Shown here piece by piece: positions 1 to 9,149 of a stretch of DNA of 64,000 nucleotides (within the stretch, counting starts at the first letter, position 1; each line of letters begins with the position of its first letter). Source of the DNA: Chloroflexi bacterium ADurb.Bin180 (lineage in GTDB: Bacteria > Chloroflexota > Anaerolineae > UBA2200); assembly GCA_002070215.1 (NCBI GenBank), contig MWCV01000004.1:19407-83406 (forward strand). The letters are read 5' to 3'. The position numbers were made by a program, and so were the translations under genes. The notes under the pieces were generated by a model that saw only the letters and a list, made by a program, of their open reading frames with translations, had not been told where the DNA came from and made no database searches.

Positions 1-1
1 T

Positions 2-406
2 GTGGTTGGCCGGCATGCCGACAAGCTGGCGATCCTCGAGCACCAGGGGATCGCCACGACTATGGAGTCTGGCGCCAGCGATCTCAGGAGCGATGTGGTT
101 ATTGACTGCACCGGGCAGCCGGATGGCTTTGCCACGGGCAGAGCCATGGTTCGCCCCAGAGGTACCTATGTCCTCAAGAGCACGTTCCACGGAGTGAATC
201 AGGTCAATCTCACTTCGCTGGTGGTCGATGAGGTGAGCCTGGTCGGGTCGCGCTGCGGCCCCTTTGAGCCGGCGTTGCGTCTTCTTGCTCTGAGGCTGAT
301 CGACGTCACGAGTCTGGTGGCCGGCATCTACCCACTGGACCAGGCTGTCACGGCATTCGCGCATGCGCGAACGCGCGGGGCGCTGAAAGTACTCATTCGT
401 CCGTGA
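2..406 (+). CDS. C-terminal fragment of a zinc-type alcohol dehydrogenase / MDR-family oxidoreductase (5' end upstream of window)
   Basis: ORF is open at the window edge, with stop at 404-406. ...VVIDCTGQPDGF...VDEVSLVGSRCG...ALKVLIRP resembles the C-terminal half of MDR dehydrogenases. Confidence 0.5.
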   Translation: MVGRHADKLAILEHQGIATTMESGASDLRSDVVIDCTGQPDGFATGRAMVRPRGTYVLKSTFHGVNQVNLTSLVVDEVSLVGSRCGPFEPALRLLALRLIDVTSLVAGIYPLDQAVTAFAHARTRGALKVLIRP

Positions 407-518
407 GCCACATTCGGGTTAGCCGGGCCCGGCTGCATTCGCCAGGCGGCTGCTGAGCGGGTGCCGCTAGCGCTGGCCCATAACTGGCTGCGCTCTGCCG
501 AGATTGGAGCCCCAAGTG

Positions 519-1085
519 ATGACATATGATCAGCGTGCGCGCCTGCGGGTGGCAGTGATTGGCCCGACAGACATCGCAGTGACATCGCGGGCAGCAGGGC
601 TTGACCCCGACCTCTGCCGGCAAGCAGCCGGCCTTGCCGGAACGGAGCTGGCCCGGCGCGGCTGCACGATGGTGCTCGTACCCGACCGTGGTGTGGCCCT
701 GGTGGCTGCCGAGGCCTACCGCAGGGCGGGGGGACCGCACCTGGTGGGCATTGTCCCCCGCGGCGGAACCTCGACGCAACAGGCGACCTCGTGCTGCGAG
801 GAACACCGGTCGTTGTGCGACGAGGTGATTGAGGACATGACCTGGTCTGAGCAGCATGAGCGGATTTGCCAGTTGGCCGATGTGATGCTCTGCATCGGGC
901 TGAGCTGCGGCACCATTGCGGAGGTGGCCTGGACCAAGTGGACCGGCCAGCATCCAGTTATTGTCGTCAGGTCGCTGGTTAGCGGAATACCGCCTGAGGT
1001 GCTGGCCGAAATCGACGTTCGCTGGGTAGAGGATCTGGATGAGGCCCTGAGCGAGATCGATGCTCTGGCCGACAGGCCCTGCTAG
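519..1085 (+). CDS. LOG/TIGR00725-like (SLOG-fold) Rossmann protein
   Basis: ORF track gives 504..1085; ATG 519 lies 9 nt after GGAG. RVAVIGPTD...MVLVPDRG...LVGIVPRGG...CIGLSCGTIAEV follows the LOG/lysine-decarboxylase-like layout, but the PGGxGTxxE motif is degenerate. Confidence 0.45.
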   Translation: MTYDQRARLRVAVIGPTDIAVTSRAAGLDPDLCRQAAGLAGTELARRGCTMVLVPDRGVALVAAEAYRRAGGPHLVGIVPRGGTSTQQATSCCEEHRSLCDEVIEDMTWSEQHERICQLADVMLCIGLSCGTIAEVAWTKWTGQHPVIVVRSLVSGIPPEVLAEIDVRWVEDLDEALSEIDALADRPC

Positions 1086-1086
1086 T

Positions 1087-1115
1087 TGGACAGGCTCCGG
1101 GCGGTCGGCTATAAT
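1087..1115 (+). promoter_or_regulatory. sigma70-type promoter of rsmI (near-leaderless transcript)
   Basis: TGGACA (1087-1092), 17 nt spacer, TATAAT (1110-1115). The rsmI ATG at 1125 is only 9 nt after the -10 box. Confidence 0.45.
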
Positions 1116-1124
1116 GGCAGCGTC

Positions 1125-1973
1125 ATGGGTGTGCTCTACCTGGTGGCGACGCCGATCGGCAATCTAGAAGACATCACGCTGCGCGCACTGCGGATTCTGC
1201 GCGAGTCGTCCCTCATCGCAGCAGAGGACACTCGGACCACAGCCAAGCTCCTCTCGCGCTATGACATCCACACGCCGATGATCAGCTACTTTGAGCACAA
1301 TGAGGTTGTGCGTCAGGGGGAGATACTGCGCGCCCTCGAATCGGGCGATGTGGCACTGGTTTCCGAGGCGGGGATGCCGGCCATCTCGGACCCAGGTTTC
1401 CGTCTGGTGCAGGCAGTGACTCAGGCCGGGCTTCCGGTGACTGTCGTTCCTGGAGCGTCAGCGCTGCTGTCAGCTCTGGCGGTTTCGGGGCTGCCGACGG
1501 ACAGTTTTGTGTTTCTGGGCTTTTTGCCACGCAAACGTGCAGCGCGGATCACACTGCTCTCCGAGGTTCGGTCGGAGAGGAGAACGCTCGTGGCCTATGA
1601 GGCACCCCATCGGCTGGTTGAGACACTCGAGGACGTCGTAGCCACGCTGGGCGACCGCCAGGTGGCTGTGGCGGCTGAACTGACCAAACTGTTCGAAGAG
1701 GTCCAGCGAGGTAGCGTGAGTGAGTGCCTGGCGCATTTGCGCGAGAAACCGCCACGCGGAGAGTACACGCTGGTGATCGAAGGTGCGGTTGATGCGCCGG
1801 TGACACTCTGGTCAGAGGAGGAGGTGTCTGAGGCGCTCGCCGCCCTGATTCAGGCTGGCTGGAGCCGACGTGACGCGGCGGCAGAAATCAGCGCGTCGAG
1901 TGGATGGGCGAGGCGAGCCGTCTATCGGCTGGCGGCCGGCCGTCTGGACTTGAATATCGGAGATACAAAGTAG
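1125..1973 (+). CDS. rsmI: 16S rRNA (cytidine1402-2'-O)-methyltransferase RsmI
   Basis: MGVLYLVATPIGNLEDITLRALRIL...IAAEDTR...GMPAISDPG are hallmark RsmI/tetrapyrrole-methylase-fold motifs. The ORF track start at 1086 (TTG) is probably an upstream extension. Confidence 0.9.
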   Translation: MGVLYLVATPIGNLEDITLRALRILRESSLIAAEDTRTTAKLLSRYDIHTPMISYFEHNEVVRQGEILRALESGDVALVSEAGMPAISDPGFRLVQAVTQAGLPVTVVPGASALLSALAVSGLPTDSFVFLGFLPRKRAARITLLSEVRSERRTLVAYEAPHRLVETLEDVVATLGDRQVAVAAELTKLFEEVQRGSVSECLAHLREKPPRGEYTLVIEGAVDAPVTLWSEEEVSEALAALIQAGWSRRDAAAEISASSGWARRAVYRLAAGRLDLNIGDTK

Positions 1974-2033
1974 TTACAATGGGATCTCCACTCAGTGGTG
2001 GCCTTGACCGTCGACCGTCCGTCGGAGGGTCAT

Positions 2034-3095
2034 ATGCCTGACCTCGATTCCCCTGCAACCTATGCGGCGCATGACCTCAGAGGGATGCTGGCGCACATCA
2101 CCGGATTGCCGGAGCAGTGCGAGCGGGCCTGGCTGGAATCCGCGGGGATCAGCTTTCCTGAGGCGTTCCGGAAGGTCACCGGCGTTCTGATTCTGGGGCT
2201 CGGGGGATCCGCGATCGGTGGTGACCTGTTGCGTTGCCTGATCGCGGATGAATGTCCGGTTCCGGTCGTGCTGCACCGGGATTATGGGTTGCCTGGCTGG
2301 GTGAGCGAACGGACTCTGGTACTCGCCTGCAGCTATTCGGGCAACACCGAGGAGACGCTGAGCGCCTTTGGCGCCGCGGCCAATGCTGGCGCCAGGCTAT
2401 TCGCTATGACGACCGGCGGGCGGCTGTTGCAGCGAGCCAGGGAACTGGGCGCGGTCTGCTACTGCTACCACTATGAGGCGCAGCCCAGGGCAGCCCTGGG
2501 CTATTCGCTGATGACCCTGCTGCGCGTGATGGACAGGCTGGGCTTGGTGCGGGACAAATCGGGCGAGGTGGCCGAGGCGGTGACCGTCATGCGTTCGTGG
2601 CTCACCGAGATCGGTCCTGAGGTGGCAGTGACCAATAATGCTGCCAAGGCACTGGCCACGCGTCTTTACCGACGGCTGCCGGTGATCTATGGCGCGGAGC
2701 ACTTGGCTGAGGTAGCCCGGCGATGGAAGGGGCAGTTCAACGAAAACAGCAAGTCGTGGGCGGTCTTTGATGTGGCTCCAGAGCTGGCGCACAACACGAT
2801 TGCGGGATATCAGAGCCCGGCGCGGCTGGCTCCTCTGGCTCACACGGTGGTGTTGACGGCGCCTTCGCTTCATCCACGGGTGCAAGCGCGGCTGCAGTTC
2901 GCCAGGGAATTGCTCTCGTCGCGGGGCTTTGCCAGCGAGGCCGTGGAGGGCAGAGGGCAGAGCAGGCTGGCTCAGGCTCTGTCACTGGTCCTGTTTGGCG
3001 ACCTGGTCAGCTACTATCTGAGTCTGTTGTATGGTGTGGATCCGTGGGAAATCGCCAACATCGATGCGATGAAGCGCCGCATGGGCGCGGCGTGA
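2034..3095 (+). CDS. bifunctional phosphoglucose/phosphomannose isomerase-like SIS-domain protein
   Basis: GLGGSAIGGDL...ACSYSGNTEET SIS motifs. Length of about 350 aa fits. ATG 2034 is preceded by GGAGGG (2024-2029). Confidence 0.7.
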   Translation: MPDLDSPATYAAHDLRGMLAHITGLPEQCERAWLESAGISFPEAFRKVTGVLILGLGGSAIGGDLLRCLIADECPVPVVLHRDYGLPGWVSERTLVLACSYSGNTEETLSAFGAAANAGARLFAMTTGGRLLQRARELGAVCYCYHYEAQPRAALGYSLMTLLRVMDRLGLVRDKSGEVAEAVTVMRSWLTEIGPEVAVTNNAAKALATRLYRRLPVIYGAEHLAEVARRWKGQFNENSKSWAVFDVAPELAHNTIAGYQSPARLAPLAHTVVLTAPSLHPRVQARLQFARELLSSRGFASEAVEGRGQSRLAQALSLVLFGDLVSYYLSLLYGVDPWEIANIDAMKRRMGAA

Positions 3096-3126
3096 ACGGT
3101 TGAAACCAACCACTGGCCAAGGAGGG

Positions 3127-3387
3127 ATGATGGATTCGGGAATGGTGAGCAAGATCGAGAAGGCGAGGCGCTACGCCGAAGAGAAGGATCGCGTCAAGTT
3201 CTGCACCTTTGAGGTCAAGTTCCGCGGTGGGCACAGCGACCACGTTGTCAAGTATGATAAGGGCGTCTGGCAGTGCGACTGCCACTTCTTTTCGCAGCGG
3301 CAGGTGTGCAGCCACACTATGGCTCTGGAGCGCATTCTGGATGGCATGCTTTTTGAAGAAGTGGCCGACAATCCGGATCCCGCGTGA
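3127..3387 (+). CDS. small SWIM-type zinc-finger protein
   Basis: WQCDCHFFSQRQVCSHTMA fits the C-x-C-x(n)-C-x-H SWIM signature. GGAGGG lies directly upstream, and the exact ATG (3127, 3130 or 3142) is uncertain. Confidence 0.55.
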   Translation: MMDSGMVSKIEKARRYAEEKDRVKFCTFEVKFRGGHSDHVVKYDKGVWQCDCHFFSQRQVCSHTMALERILDGMLFEEVADNPDPA

Positions 3388-3438
3388 GCAGCGGGCCGGG
3401 AAAGCGCTATCCGTTGTTGTTGGGAAGGTGAGCAGAGG

Positions 3439-4728
3439 ATGAGAATCGGCATCATCGGCGCAGGCATCACGGGCCTGACCGCCGCCTACGAACTGAGCAA
3501 AGCAGGGCACCAGGTGACGGTGCTGGAGAGCACGGAGCGAGCGGGAGGACTGGCGCGAACCTTCAGCGACGAACGCTGGGAGTGGCCGTTGGAGATCTTT
3601 TACCACCATGCCTTCACCTCGGACCAGGCGCTGCTGGACCTGAACCGCGAACTGGGCATCGCGGACAAAATGGTCTTTCCCCTGCCAGTGACGGCCATCT
3701 GGCAGAATGGCACAATGAACGCCTTTGACAGCCCGCTGGCAGTGCTGCAGTACCCCTACCTGTCCTTTGTGGACAAGATGCGAGTGGGGTTGACCACACT
3801 CTATTTGCGGCTCACTCGAAACTGGCACGCGCTGGAGGGCATCACCGCCGAGGAGTGGCTCTTGCGCTATATCGGCCCCCACGCCTACCATGCCCTGTGG
3901 GAACCACTGCTGGCCAACAAGATGACCCGCTACTACAAAGAGGTCAACATGGCCTGGTTCTGGGCACGCATTCACAAGCGCAGCCAGCGGCTGGGCTACT
4001 ATCAGGGCAGCTACCAGGTGCTGATCGATGCCCTGGTCTCACGCTCGCAGGCGCTGGGGGCGCAGATTCTGTACCGTCAGCCAGTGGCAGCTATCGCGGG
4101 GATCGACGGGGGAGTGTCGGTTAGCACGGCTTCTCAGTCAACGACCTTTGACGCGGTGGTGGCGACAGTCTCACCGAGAACCATGCTCCAGCTCACCCCG
4201 CGGCTGCCGCCTGACTATGCTCAGAGCCTGCACGGGTTGCGAAATCTCGGCGCACTCACCCTGATTCTGGCGGTGGAGCGCCAGGTGACCGACAAGTTGT
4301 ACTGGGTGAACCTGCCTCAAGGCCAGTTCCCTTTTCTGGCCTTTGTCGAGCACACCAACTATCAGTCGCCGGAACACTACGGCGGCGACCACATTTTCTA
4401 CCTGGGTGACTACCCGGCGCCGGACGAGCCCCATTGGAGTGCCAGCAAGGAGCAGTTGTTGGAGGAATTCCTGCCGCACCTGGTCAAGTTCAATCCGCGC
4501 TTTGACCCTTCGTGGATTCGCCGGAGCTGGCTGTTCCGCGAAGAGTATGCGCAGCCGGTGCCGCCAGTGAATCACAGTCAGCACATTCCCGCCGTGAAAA
4601 CACCCATCGCTGGCCTGTATCTGGCCAGCATGAGCCAGGTCTATCCGTGGGATCGCGGCACGAACTATTCCGTTGAAATGGGCCAGAAAGTGGCTCAAAT
4701 GCTAATGGCCAATCAGGTGAAAGCATGA
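3439..4728 (+). CDS. FAD/NAD(P)-binding oxidoreductase (amine-oxidase / phytoene-desaturase-like fold)
   Basis: N-terminal dinucleotide fold [19 protein letters not shown]...VTVLE...AGG. Its stop overlaps the ugd start (ATGA at 4725-4728). Confidence 0.6.
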   Translation: MRIGIIGAGITGLTAAYELSKAGHQVTVLESTERAGGLARTFSDERWEWPLEIFYHHAFTSDQALLDLNRELGIADKMVFPLPVTAIWQNGTMNAFDSPLAVLQYPYLSFVDKMRVGLTTLYLRLTRNWHALEGITAEEWLLRYIGPHAYHALWEPLLANKMTRYYKEVNMAWFWARIHKRSQRLGYYQGSYQVLIDALVSRSQALGAQILYRQPVAAIAGIDGGVSVSTASQSTTFDAVVATVSPRTMLQLTPRLPPDYAQSLHGLRNLGALTLILAVERQVTDKLYWVNLPQGQFPFLAFVEHTNYQSPEHYGGDHIFYLGDYPAPDEPHWSASKEQLLEEFLPHLVKFNPRFDPSWIRRSWLFREEYAQPVPPVNHSQHIPAVKTPIAGLYLASMSQVYPWDRGTNYSVEMGQKVAQMLMANQVKA

Positions 4729-6020
4729 ACGAAATCTGCGTTATTGGTGTGGGGTACGTAGGTCTGGTGACCGGTGCGTGTCTGGCCGACCTGGGCAATC
4801 GGGTGGTGTGCCTGGATGTGGCCCGTGATAAGATCGAGGGGCTGAAGAAGGGCCTGCTGCCCATCTACGAGCCGGGGCTGGAAGAGATCGTGCGCCGCAA
4901 CTATGAAGCCGAGCGCCTGATCTTTACCACGGATTATGACGAGGGGCTGCGGCATGCCGAGTTTGTGTTCGTGGCGGTAGGCACGCCATCCGGGCCTGAC
5001 GGCGAGGCGGATCTGTCCTACCTTCGTTCGGCGGTGGTGGATATCGCCAAGCGCCTCACGCGGCCTCTGATCATCGTCAACAAGAGCACGGTGCCAATCG
5101 GCACTGGCGACCTGGTTGCCGACATCATCCGCGAGGAACGAGCTGACGCTGCCCCGTTTGTGGTGGTATCGAATCCCGAGTTCCTGCGCGAAGGGTCCGC
5201 GGTGTACGATTTCATGAATCCGGACCGCATTGTGCTCGGTTCGACTGACCGCCCTGCAGCGTGGAAAGTGGCCGAGCTCTATGCGCCGCTTTCGGCGCCG
5301 ATTATTGTCACTGACTTGAGGACCGCGGAGATGATCAAGTACGCATCGAACGCTTTCCTAGCCACGAAGATCTCCTTTGTCAACGAAATGGCCAACATCT
5401 GCGAGGCGGTAGGTGCTGACGTCCAGGAAGTGACCCGGGGCATGGCCAGCGACCGCCGCATTGGTCCAGGGCACTTGGAGGCCGGGCTTGGCTGGGGCGG
5501 CTCGTGCTTTCCGAAAGATGTCAAGGCGTTGGTGCATATCGCCGCTATGCACGGCTGCCACCCGCAGATGCTGCGAGCGGTCACCGAGATCAACTATGAC
5601 CAGCGCAAGCGAGTCATCATCAAGCTGCGCGAGATGCTGGGCACCCTGCGCGGCAAGACGGTGGGACTGCTGGGTCTTTCGTTCAAGCCAAACACCGATG
5701 ACATGCGCGACGCTCCGGCGATAGAAGTAGTGCATTTCCTGCTGAACGAGGGCGCGAGCGTGCGAGCCTATGACCCGGTGGCGATGGACAATGCGCGAAA
5801 ACTGCTGCCGCAGGTCACTTTCTGCGACAATGCCTATGCCGTGGCCGAAGGGGCCGATGCGCTGGTTCTGGTGACAGCGTGGAACGAGTTCAAGCACCTC
5901 GATATGGGGCGGATCGCACGCTCGATGCACACAGCGGTCCTGGTGGATGCGCGGAACATCTACGACAGAGCCAAGCTGCGCGAGTTGGGCTTTGCCTACT
6001 ACGGAATCGGGCGAACCTGA
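4725..6020 (+). CDS. ugd: UDP-glucose 6-dehydrogenase
   Basis: [21 protein letters not shown] fold, catalytic GGSCFPKDV motif, and about 430 aa length. Confidence 0.9.
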   Translation: MNEICVIGVGYVGLVTGACLADLGNRVVCLDVARDKIEGLKKGLLPIYEPGLEEIVRRNYEAERLIFTTDYDEGLRHAEFVFVAVGTPSGPDGEADLSYLRSAVVDIAKRLTRPLIIVNKSTVPIGTGDLVADIIREERADAAPFVVVSNPEFLREGSAVYDFMNPDRIVLGSTDRPAAWKVAELYAPLSAPIIVTDLRTAEMIKYASNAFLATKISFVNEMANICEAVGADVQEVTRGMASDRRIGPGHLEAGLGWGGSCFPKDVKALVHIAAMHGCHPQMLRAVTEINYDQRKRVIIKLREMLGTLRGKTVGLLGLSFKPNTDDMRDAPAIEVVHFLLNEGASVRAYDPVAMDNARKLLPQVTFCDNAYAVAEGADALVLVTAWNEFKHLDMGRIARSMHTAVLVDARNIYDRAKLRELGFAYYGIGRT

Positions 6021-6042
6021 GAACGAGCCTGCTGCCATTAGT

Positions 6043-6076
6043 AAACGAGCGGCGCGCGAACGCGCCGCTCGTTTTT
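6043..6076. terminator. bidirectional intrinsic terminator between ugd and the convergent membrane-protein gene
   Basis: 14-bp perfect stem AAACGAGCGGCGCG / CGCGCCGCTCGTTT with loop CGAA. T run follows on the + strand and A run (T on the - strand) precedes it. Confidence 0.7.
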
Positions 6077-6077
6077 G

Positions 6078-6761
6078 CTATGCGCTACCTTCGGAGTGAC
6101 TGAGTGCGAGGGCCCGCAGGGGCCAGTAGACCGAGGCAAAGAGCAGGGTGAACAGAGCGGCCACCGCCCAGCCTCGCCAGTGAAGGAGCGGATGCAGAGC
6201 ATAAGGCACCAGCTCCCGCACCACAGCGACAGGACGGAACACGATGTCCCAACTGTTCCAGCGCAGGAAGCGCCCGACGTAGACGCCAAAGCCGGCCATG
6301 CCCATTGCCCCCAGCGAAAAGGCCAGCCGAACCCAGCGGCCAAAGCGCGTCGCAACCGCTTGCTCCATCCAGAACACCGTGGTCAAACCGATCACCAGTC
6401 CGCTCAACCCCAGGCTGAACAGCAAGAGCCCATCATAGAGCAAGGGAATCTGACCACTCGGACGGAGGTGGATCAAGTCGGTGATCAAATAGGGCGAGTT
6501 GGGCAAAAAGACCAGCCAGCCCACCGCAGCCCAGGCTCGAACCCATAGCGGCGTGCTCGCGGGACGCGCGGCAACCCAGGCCAACAGGACCGGCACCCAG
6601 GCCAGGAACAGGTTCCATAGCACGTGCGCGTAGGTCAGATGACCGGTGTAGGCAATCCTGCCGAGCCACAGGAGACAGGGCAGCAGGCTCAGGGCTGCCA
6701 GGCTGGCGGCAGTCCTCGCGAAAGCGGTTGGATTCTGTCTCTGACCCGGGACATCAGCCAT
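6078..6761 (-). CDS. polytopic membrane protein, DUF1361-like
   Basis: NLFLAWVPVLLAW and FLPNSPYLITDLIHL resemble DUF1361 signature segments. ATG 6761 starts 1 nt after the upstream gene's stop, and the 6905 start in the ORF track overlaps that gene. Confidence 0.5.
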   Translation of the reverse strand: MADVPGQRQNPTAFARTAASLAALSLLPCLLWLGRIAYTGHLTYAHVLWNLFLAWVPVLLAWVAARPASTPLWVRAWAAVGWLVFLPNSPYLITDLIHLRPSGQIPLLYDGLLLFSLGLSGLVIGLTTVFWMEQAVATRFGRWVRLAFSLGAMGMAGFGVYVGRFLRWNSWDIVFRPVAVVRELVPYALHPLLHWRGWAVAALFTLLFASVYWPLRALALSHSEGSA

Positions 6762-6762
6762 G

Positions 6763-8274
6763 TTACTCTCCCACATACCTACTGAGCAGTGTGAAACCCG
6801 TCCAACGCGACAGGTGGTAGGACTGCCACCTGCGCCACTCCTCATCCTGTTTCCTCGTGCTGAGACGTGCTCTGAGGTCCTTGTCCAGCACTTCGTGCAC
6901 TTCACCCGTTGTTGAATTGGCCAGCTCGATCAGCGCCGGAACGGCGTCATCCGACAGGCGTGTCAGGTAGTTCACGTCGATCTTTTCCTCAACGTATTGG
7001 GAGGAGATGGAAGGGAGCAGCCCCTGGTAGCGCTGTGCGTTCTGCCTGACGATGAGCGCGTCGGGATTGAGCACATCGAGCGTTAGCACAAAGCCAAGCA
7101 CGACCACGATCAGGCCCGTGCCAAAGTTGGCGCCTGGCCGCCACAGAGTCAGTCCGAACCAGGTCAGAAGCAGGCCGAGCCACACCATAAAGACGTGTAC
7201 ATAGATCCTGAGTTCCGTAAAGCCATAGGCCATCTCGTAGAGCAACAGCCGCCGGAACGCAGAGACGAGCATGACGCAGGTCAGGCCCACCAGAATGGTC
7301 GCGGATACCTTGAAAGCGAGGCTCGTTTTCGGGCTGTCGAGGCGCGAGATGTCGCGCAGCACATAGACCAGGCCCAACGTGAGCAGGGCCACCAGCACCA
7401 GCTCGGCGAAACCGCGACGGGCGTACTCGGCATAGGTGAACCCCGAGGAGGTGATGTTGGCCAGGCCGCCGAACAGGTAGGTCAACTGCAAGCCGACAAA
7501 GATAGCGAACAAGATGTTGACCGAGTTGATGACCACGAGCCCTTCCGTTGCGCCGATGAACCTGGGCGGCGTCAACCAGGCGGGGCTGGTGGCCGAGCCC
7601 GCTTTGCGCGCGCGTGCGGTGTAGGCCAGAGCGCCGGCCACCGGCACACCGATCAGCAGGATGACCAGACCGTGCCTCACCCAGCTCCAGAGCATGGCCA
7701 GGATATCCAGGTCAAGCAGGGCTTGGACCCACTCGGCAAAGATCAGGTCGGCTGATGTCAGCAGGGCGATGAACACCACCAGCACCGGCAAGGCCAGCAG
7801 CAGGCCACGCAAGACCGGCAGCACTCTCCCACGCGACTCTCGTGGCACCGCGACCAGGTCGCTGCGCCGCGCCTGACCCATGACGCGGATGCTGTGGTAG
7901 AGGGCCAGCCCCAGCGCCTGCAGGGGGGCCAGGATTACCTCAGGCAGCAGGAGCCGAGTCGTTGTCCTCTGAGTGAGGTACACTGCAATGAGCGACAGCA
8001 GACCAAGACACACGCACATATTGAGCAAGATCAGAAAGCCGTTGGCCCGTATCGCGGTCATTGCTGCAAACAGCAGCAGGGCCGCGGGCAGCCAGAGGTT
8101 CGACCCGATGGCACTGGCCGCCTCCCAGCGCAGCGTCAGCGCGACGCCGAGCACCAGAAGCAGGGCGAACAGGGGCACAGAGACGCCGGGCATTTTGCCA
8201 TTGAACAGCAGGTCGAAAGCGAATCCCAGGAACAATCCCAGTAACAGCAGGCGTGTGGGCTGGCGCAACTGCAT
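6763..8274 (-). CDS. large polytopic membrane protein, DUF4153/DUF4173-like
   Basis: About 12 hydrophobic helices with a soluble C-terminal domain. The N-terminus LLLLGLFLGFAFDLLF is typical of this family. Family assignment is from memory only. Confidence 0.4.
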   Translation of the reverse strand: MQLRQPTRLLLLGLFLGFAFDLLFNGKMPGVSVPLFALLLVLGVALTLRWEAASAIGSNLWLPAALLLFAAMTAIRANGFLILLNMCVCLGLLSLIAVYLTQRTTTRLLLPEVILAPLQALGLALYHSIRVMGQARRSDLVAVPRESRGRVLPVLRGLLLALPVLVVFIALLTSADLIFAEWVQALLDLDILAMLWSWVRHGLVILLIGVPVAGALAYTARARKAGSATSPAWLTPPRFIGATEGLVVINSVNILFAIFVGLQLTYLFGGLANITSSGFTYAEYARRGFAELVLVALLTLGLVYVLRDISRLDSPKTSLAFKVSATILVGLTCVMLVSAFRRLLLYEMAYGFTELRIYVHVFMVWLGLLLTWFGLTLWRPGANFGTGLIVVVLGFVLTLDVLNPDALIVRQNAQRYQGLLPSISSQYVEEKIDVNYLTRLSDDAVPALIELANSTTGEVHEVLDKDLRARLSTRKQDEEWRRWQSYHLSRWTGFTLLSRYVGE

Positions 8275-8366
8275 AACGGCCTCCTCGAGCTCAGGATGGC
8301 TGTAGCATAGATCAATCGCTGGCCGGAATCAAGCACTCGGGACCGGCTGGCCGGGCACTTGAGTGC

Positions 8367-8395
8367 TTGACATAGCCCGGTAGATTGGGCACAAT
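8367..8395 (+). promoter_or_regulatory. sigma70-type promoter of the LuxR-family response regulator (leaderless)
   Basis: Perfect TTGACA (8367-8372), 17 nt spacer, CACAAT (8390-8395). ATG 8402 is 7 nt after the -10 box, where a transcription start is expected. Confidence 0.5.
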
Positions 8396-8401
8396 GAGTT
8401 G

Positions 8402-9148
8402 ATGGTCGAGCTCACACGCTTGTTGGTAGCCGAAGACAACGCCCGATTGCGTCCTGCTCTGTGCGAGGGGCTGGAAGCTACTGGCGCGGTACAGGTGGTC
8501 TTTTCCTGTGCCAGCGGCGAAGAGGCCCTCGAATACTCGCTGGCTCAGCCGGTTCAGGCGTTGCTGCTGGATGTGCAGTTGGCCGGCAAGCTCAATGGCA
8601 TCGAGACGGCCACGGCGATCCGGCGTGAACTCCCCCGTCTGCCAGTGGTCTTCTACTCCATTCAGGACGACGACAACTACTACCGCGACTTTCAGCGCTC
8701 GGGAATCCTGACCCATTTTGCCTACGTGCGCAAGTCCAACTTTCTTCTGCCGACCATGCTGGTGCCGCTGATTCGCGACGCAGTGGCGGGTCGCAGCTAC
8801 ATCGACCCGGACATCGCCTCGCGTGTCTCGGAGGTGCGCCGCAAGGACGCGCAGGACCCAATGGCTCTGTTGGAGCCGGTGGAGCAGGCGGTCGCGCGTA
8901 TGCTGGCGCAGGGCAAGACCAACGAGCAGATCGCAGCCGTGCTCGGATTTCGTGACAAACGTACTATCAGCAGGGTGAACGGCCAGATCTATGCCGCATG
9001 GGGCTTGAGCGAGAGCACCACCGACGAAAAGGTGGCGCGCACCAGAGCGTCGATCATTGCTCAGCGTGGCCGTATGCTGCGCTGGGACGAGGATGGCACA
9101 CCCCGCGTGCTGAACGAGCGCGAGGAGTGGGTGCCCTGGATGGAATAG
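8402..9148 (+). CDS. NarL/LuxR-family response regulator (REC + HTH) with C-terminal extension
   Basis: REC: LLVAEDN...LLLDVQL. LuxR HTH: LEPVEQAVARMLAQGKTNEQIAAVLGFRDKRTISRVNGQIY. About 45 extra residues follow the HTH. Confidence 0.8.
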   Translation: MVELTRLLVAEDNARLRPALCEGLEATGAVQVVFSCASGEEALEYSLAQPVQALLLDVQLAGKLNGIETATAIRRELPRLPVVFYSIQDDDNYYRDFQRSGILTHFAYVRKSNFLLPTMLVPLIRDAVAGRSYIDPDIASRVSEVRRKDAQDPMALLEPVEQAVARMLAQGKTNEQIAAVLGFRDKRTISRVNGQIYAAWGLSESTTDEKVARTRASIIAQRGRMLRWDEDGTPRVLNEREEWVPWME

Positions 9149-9149
9149 T

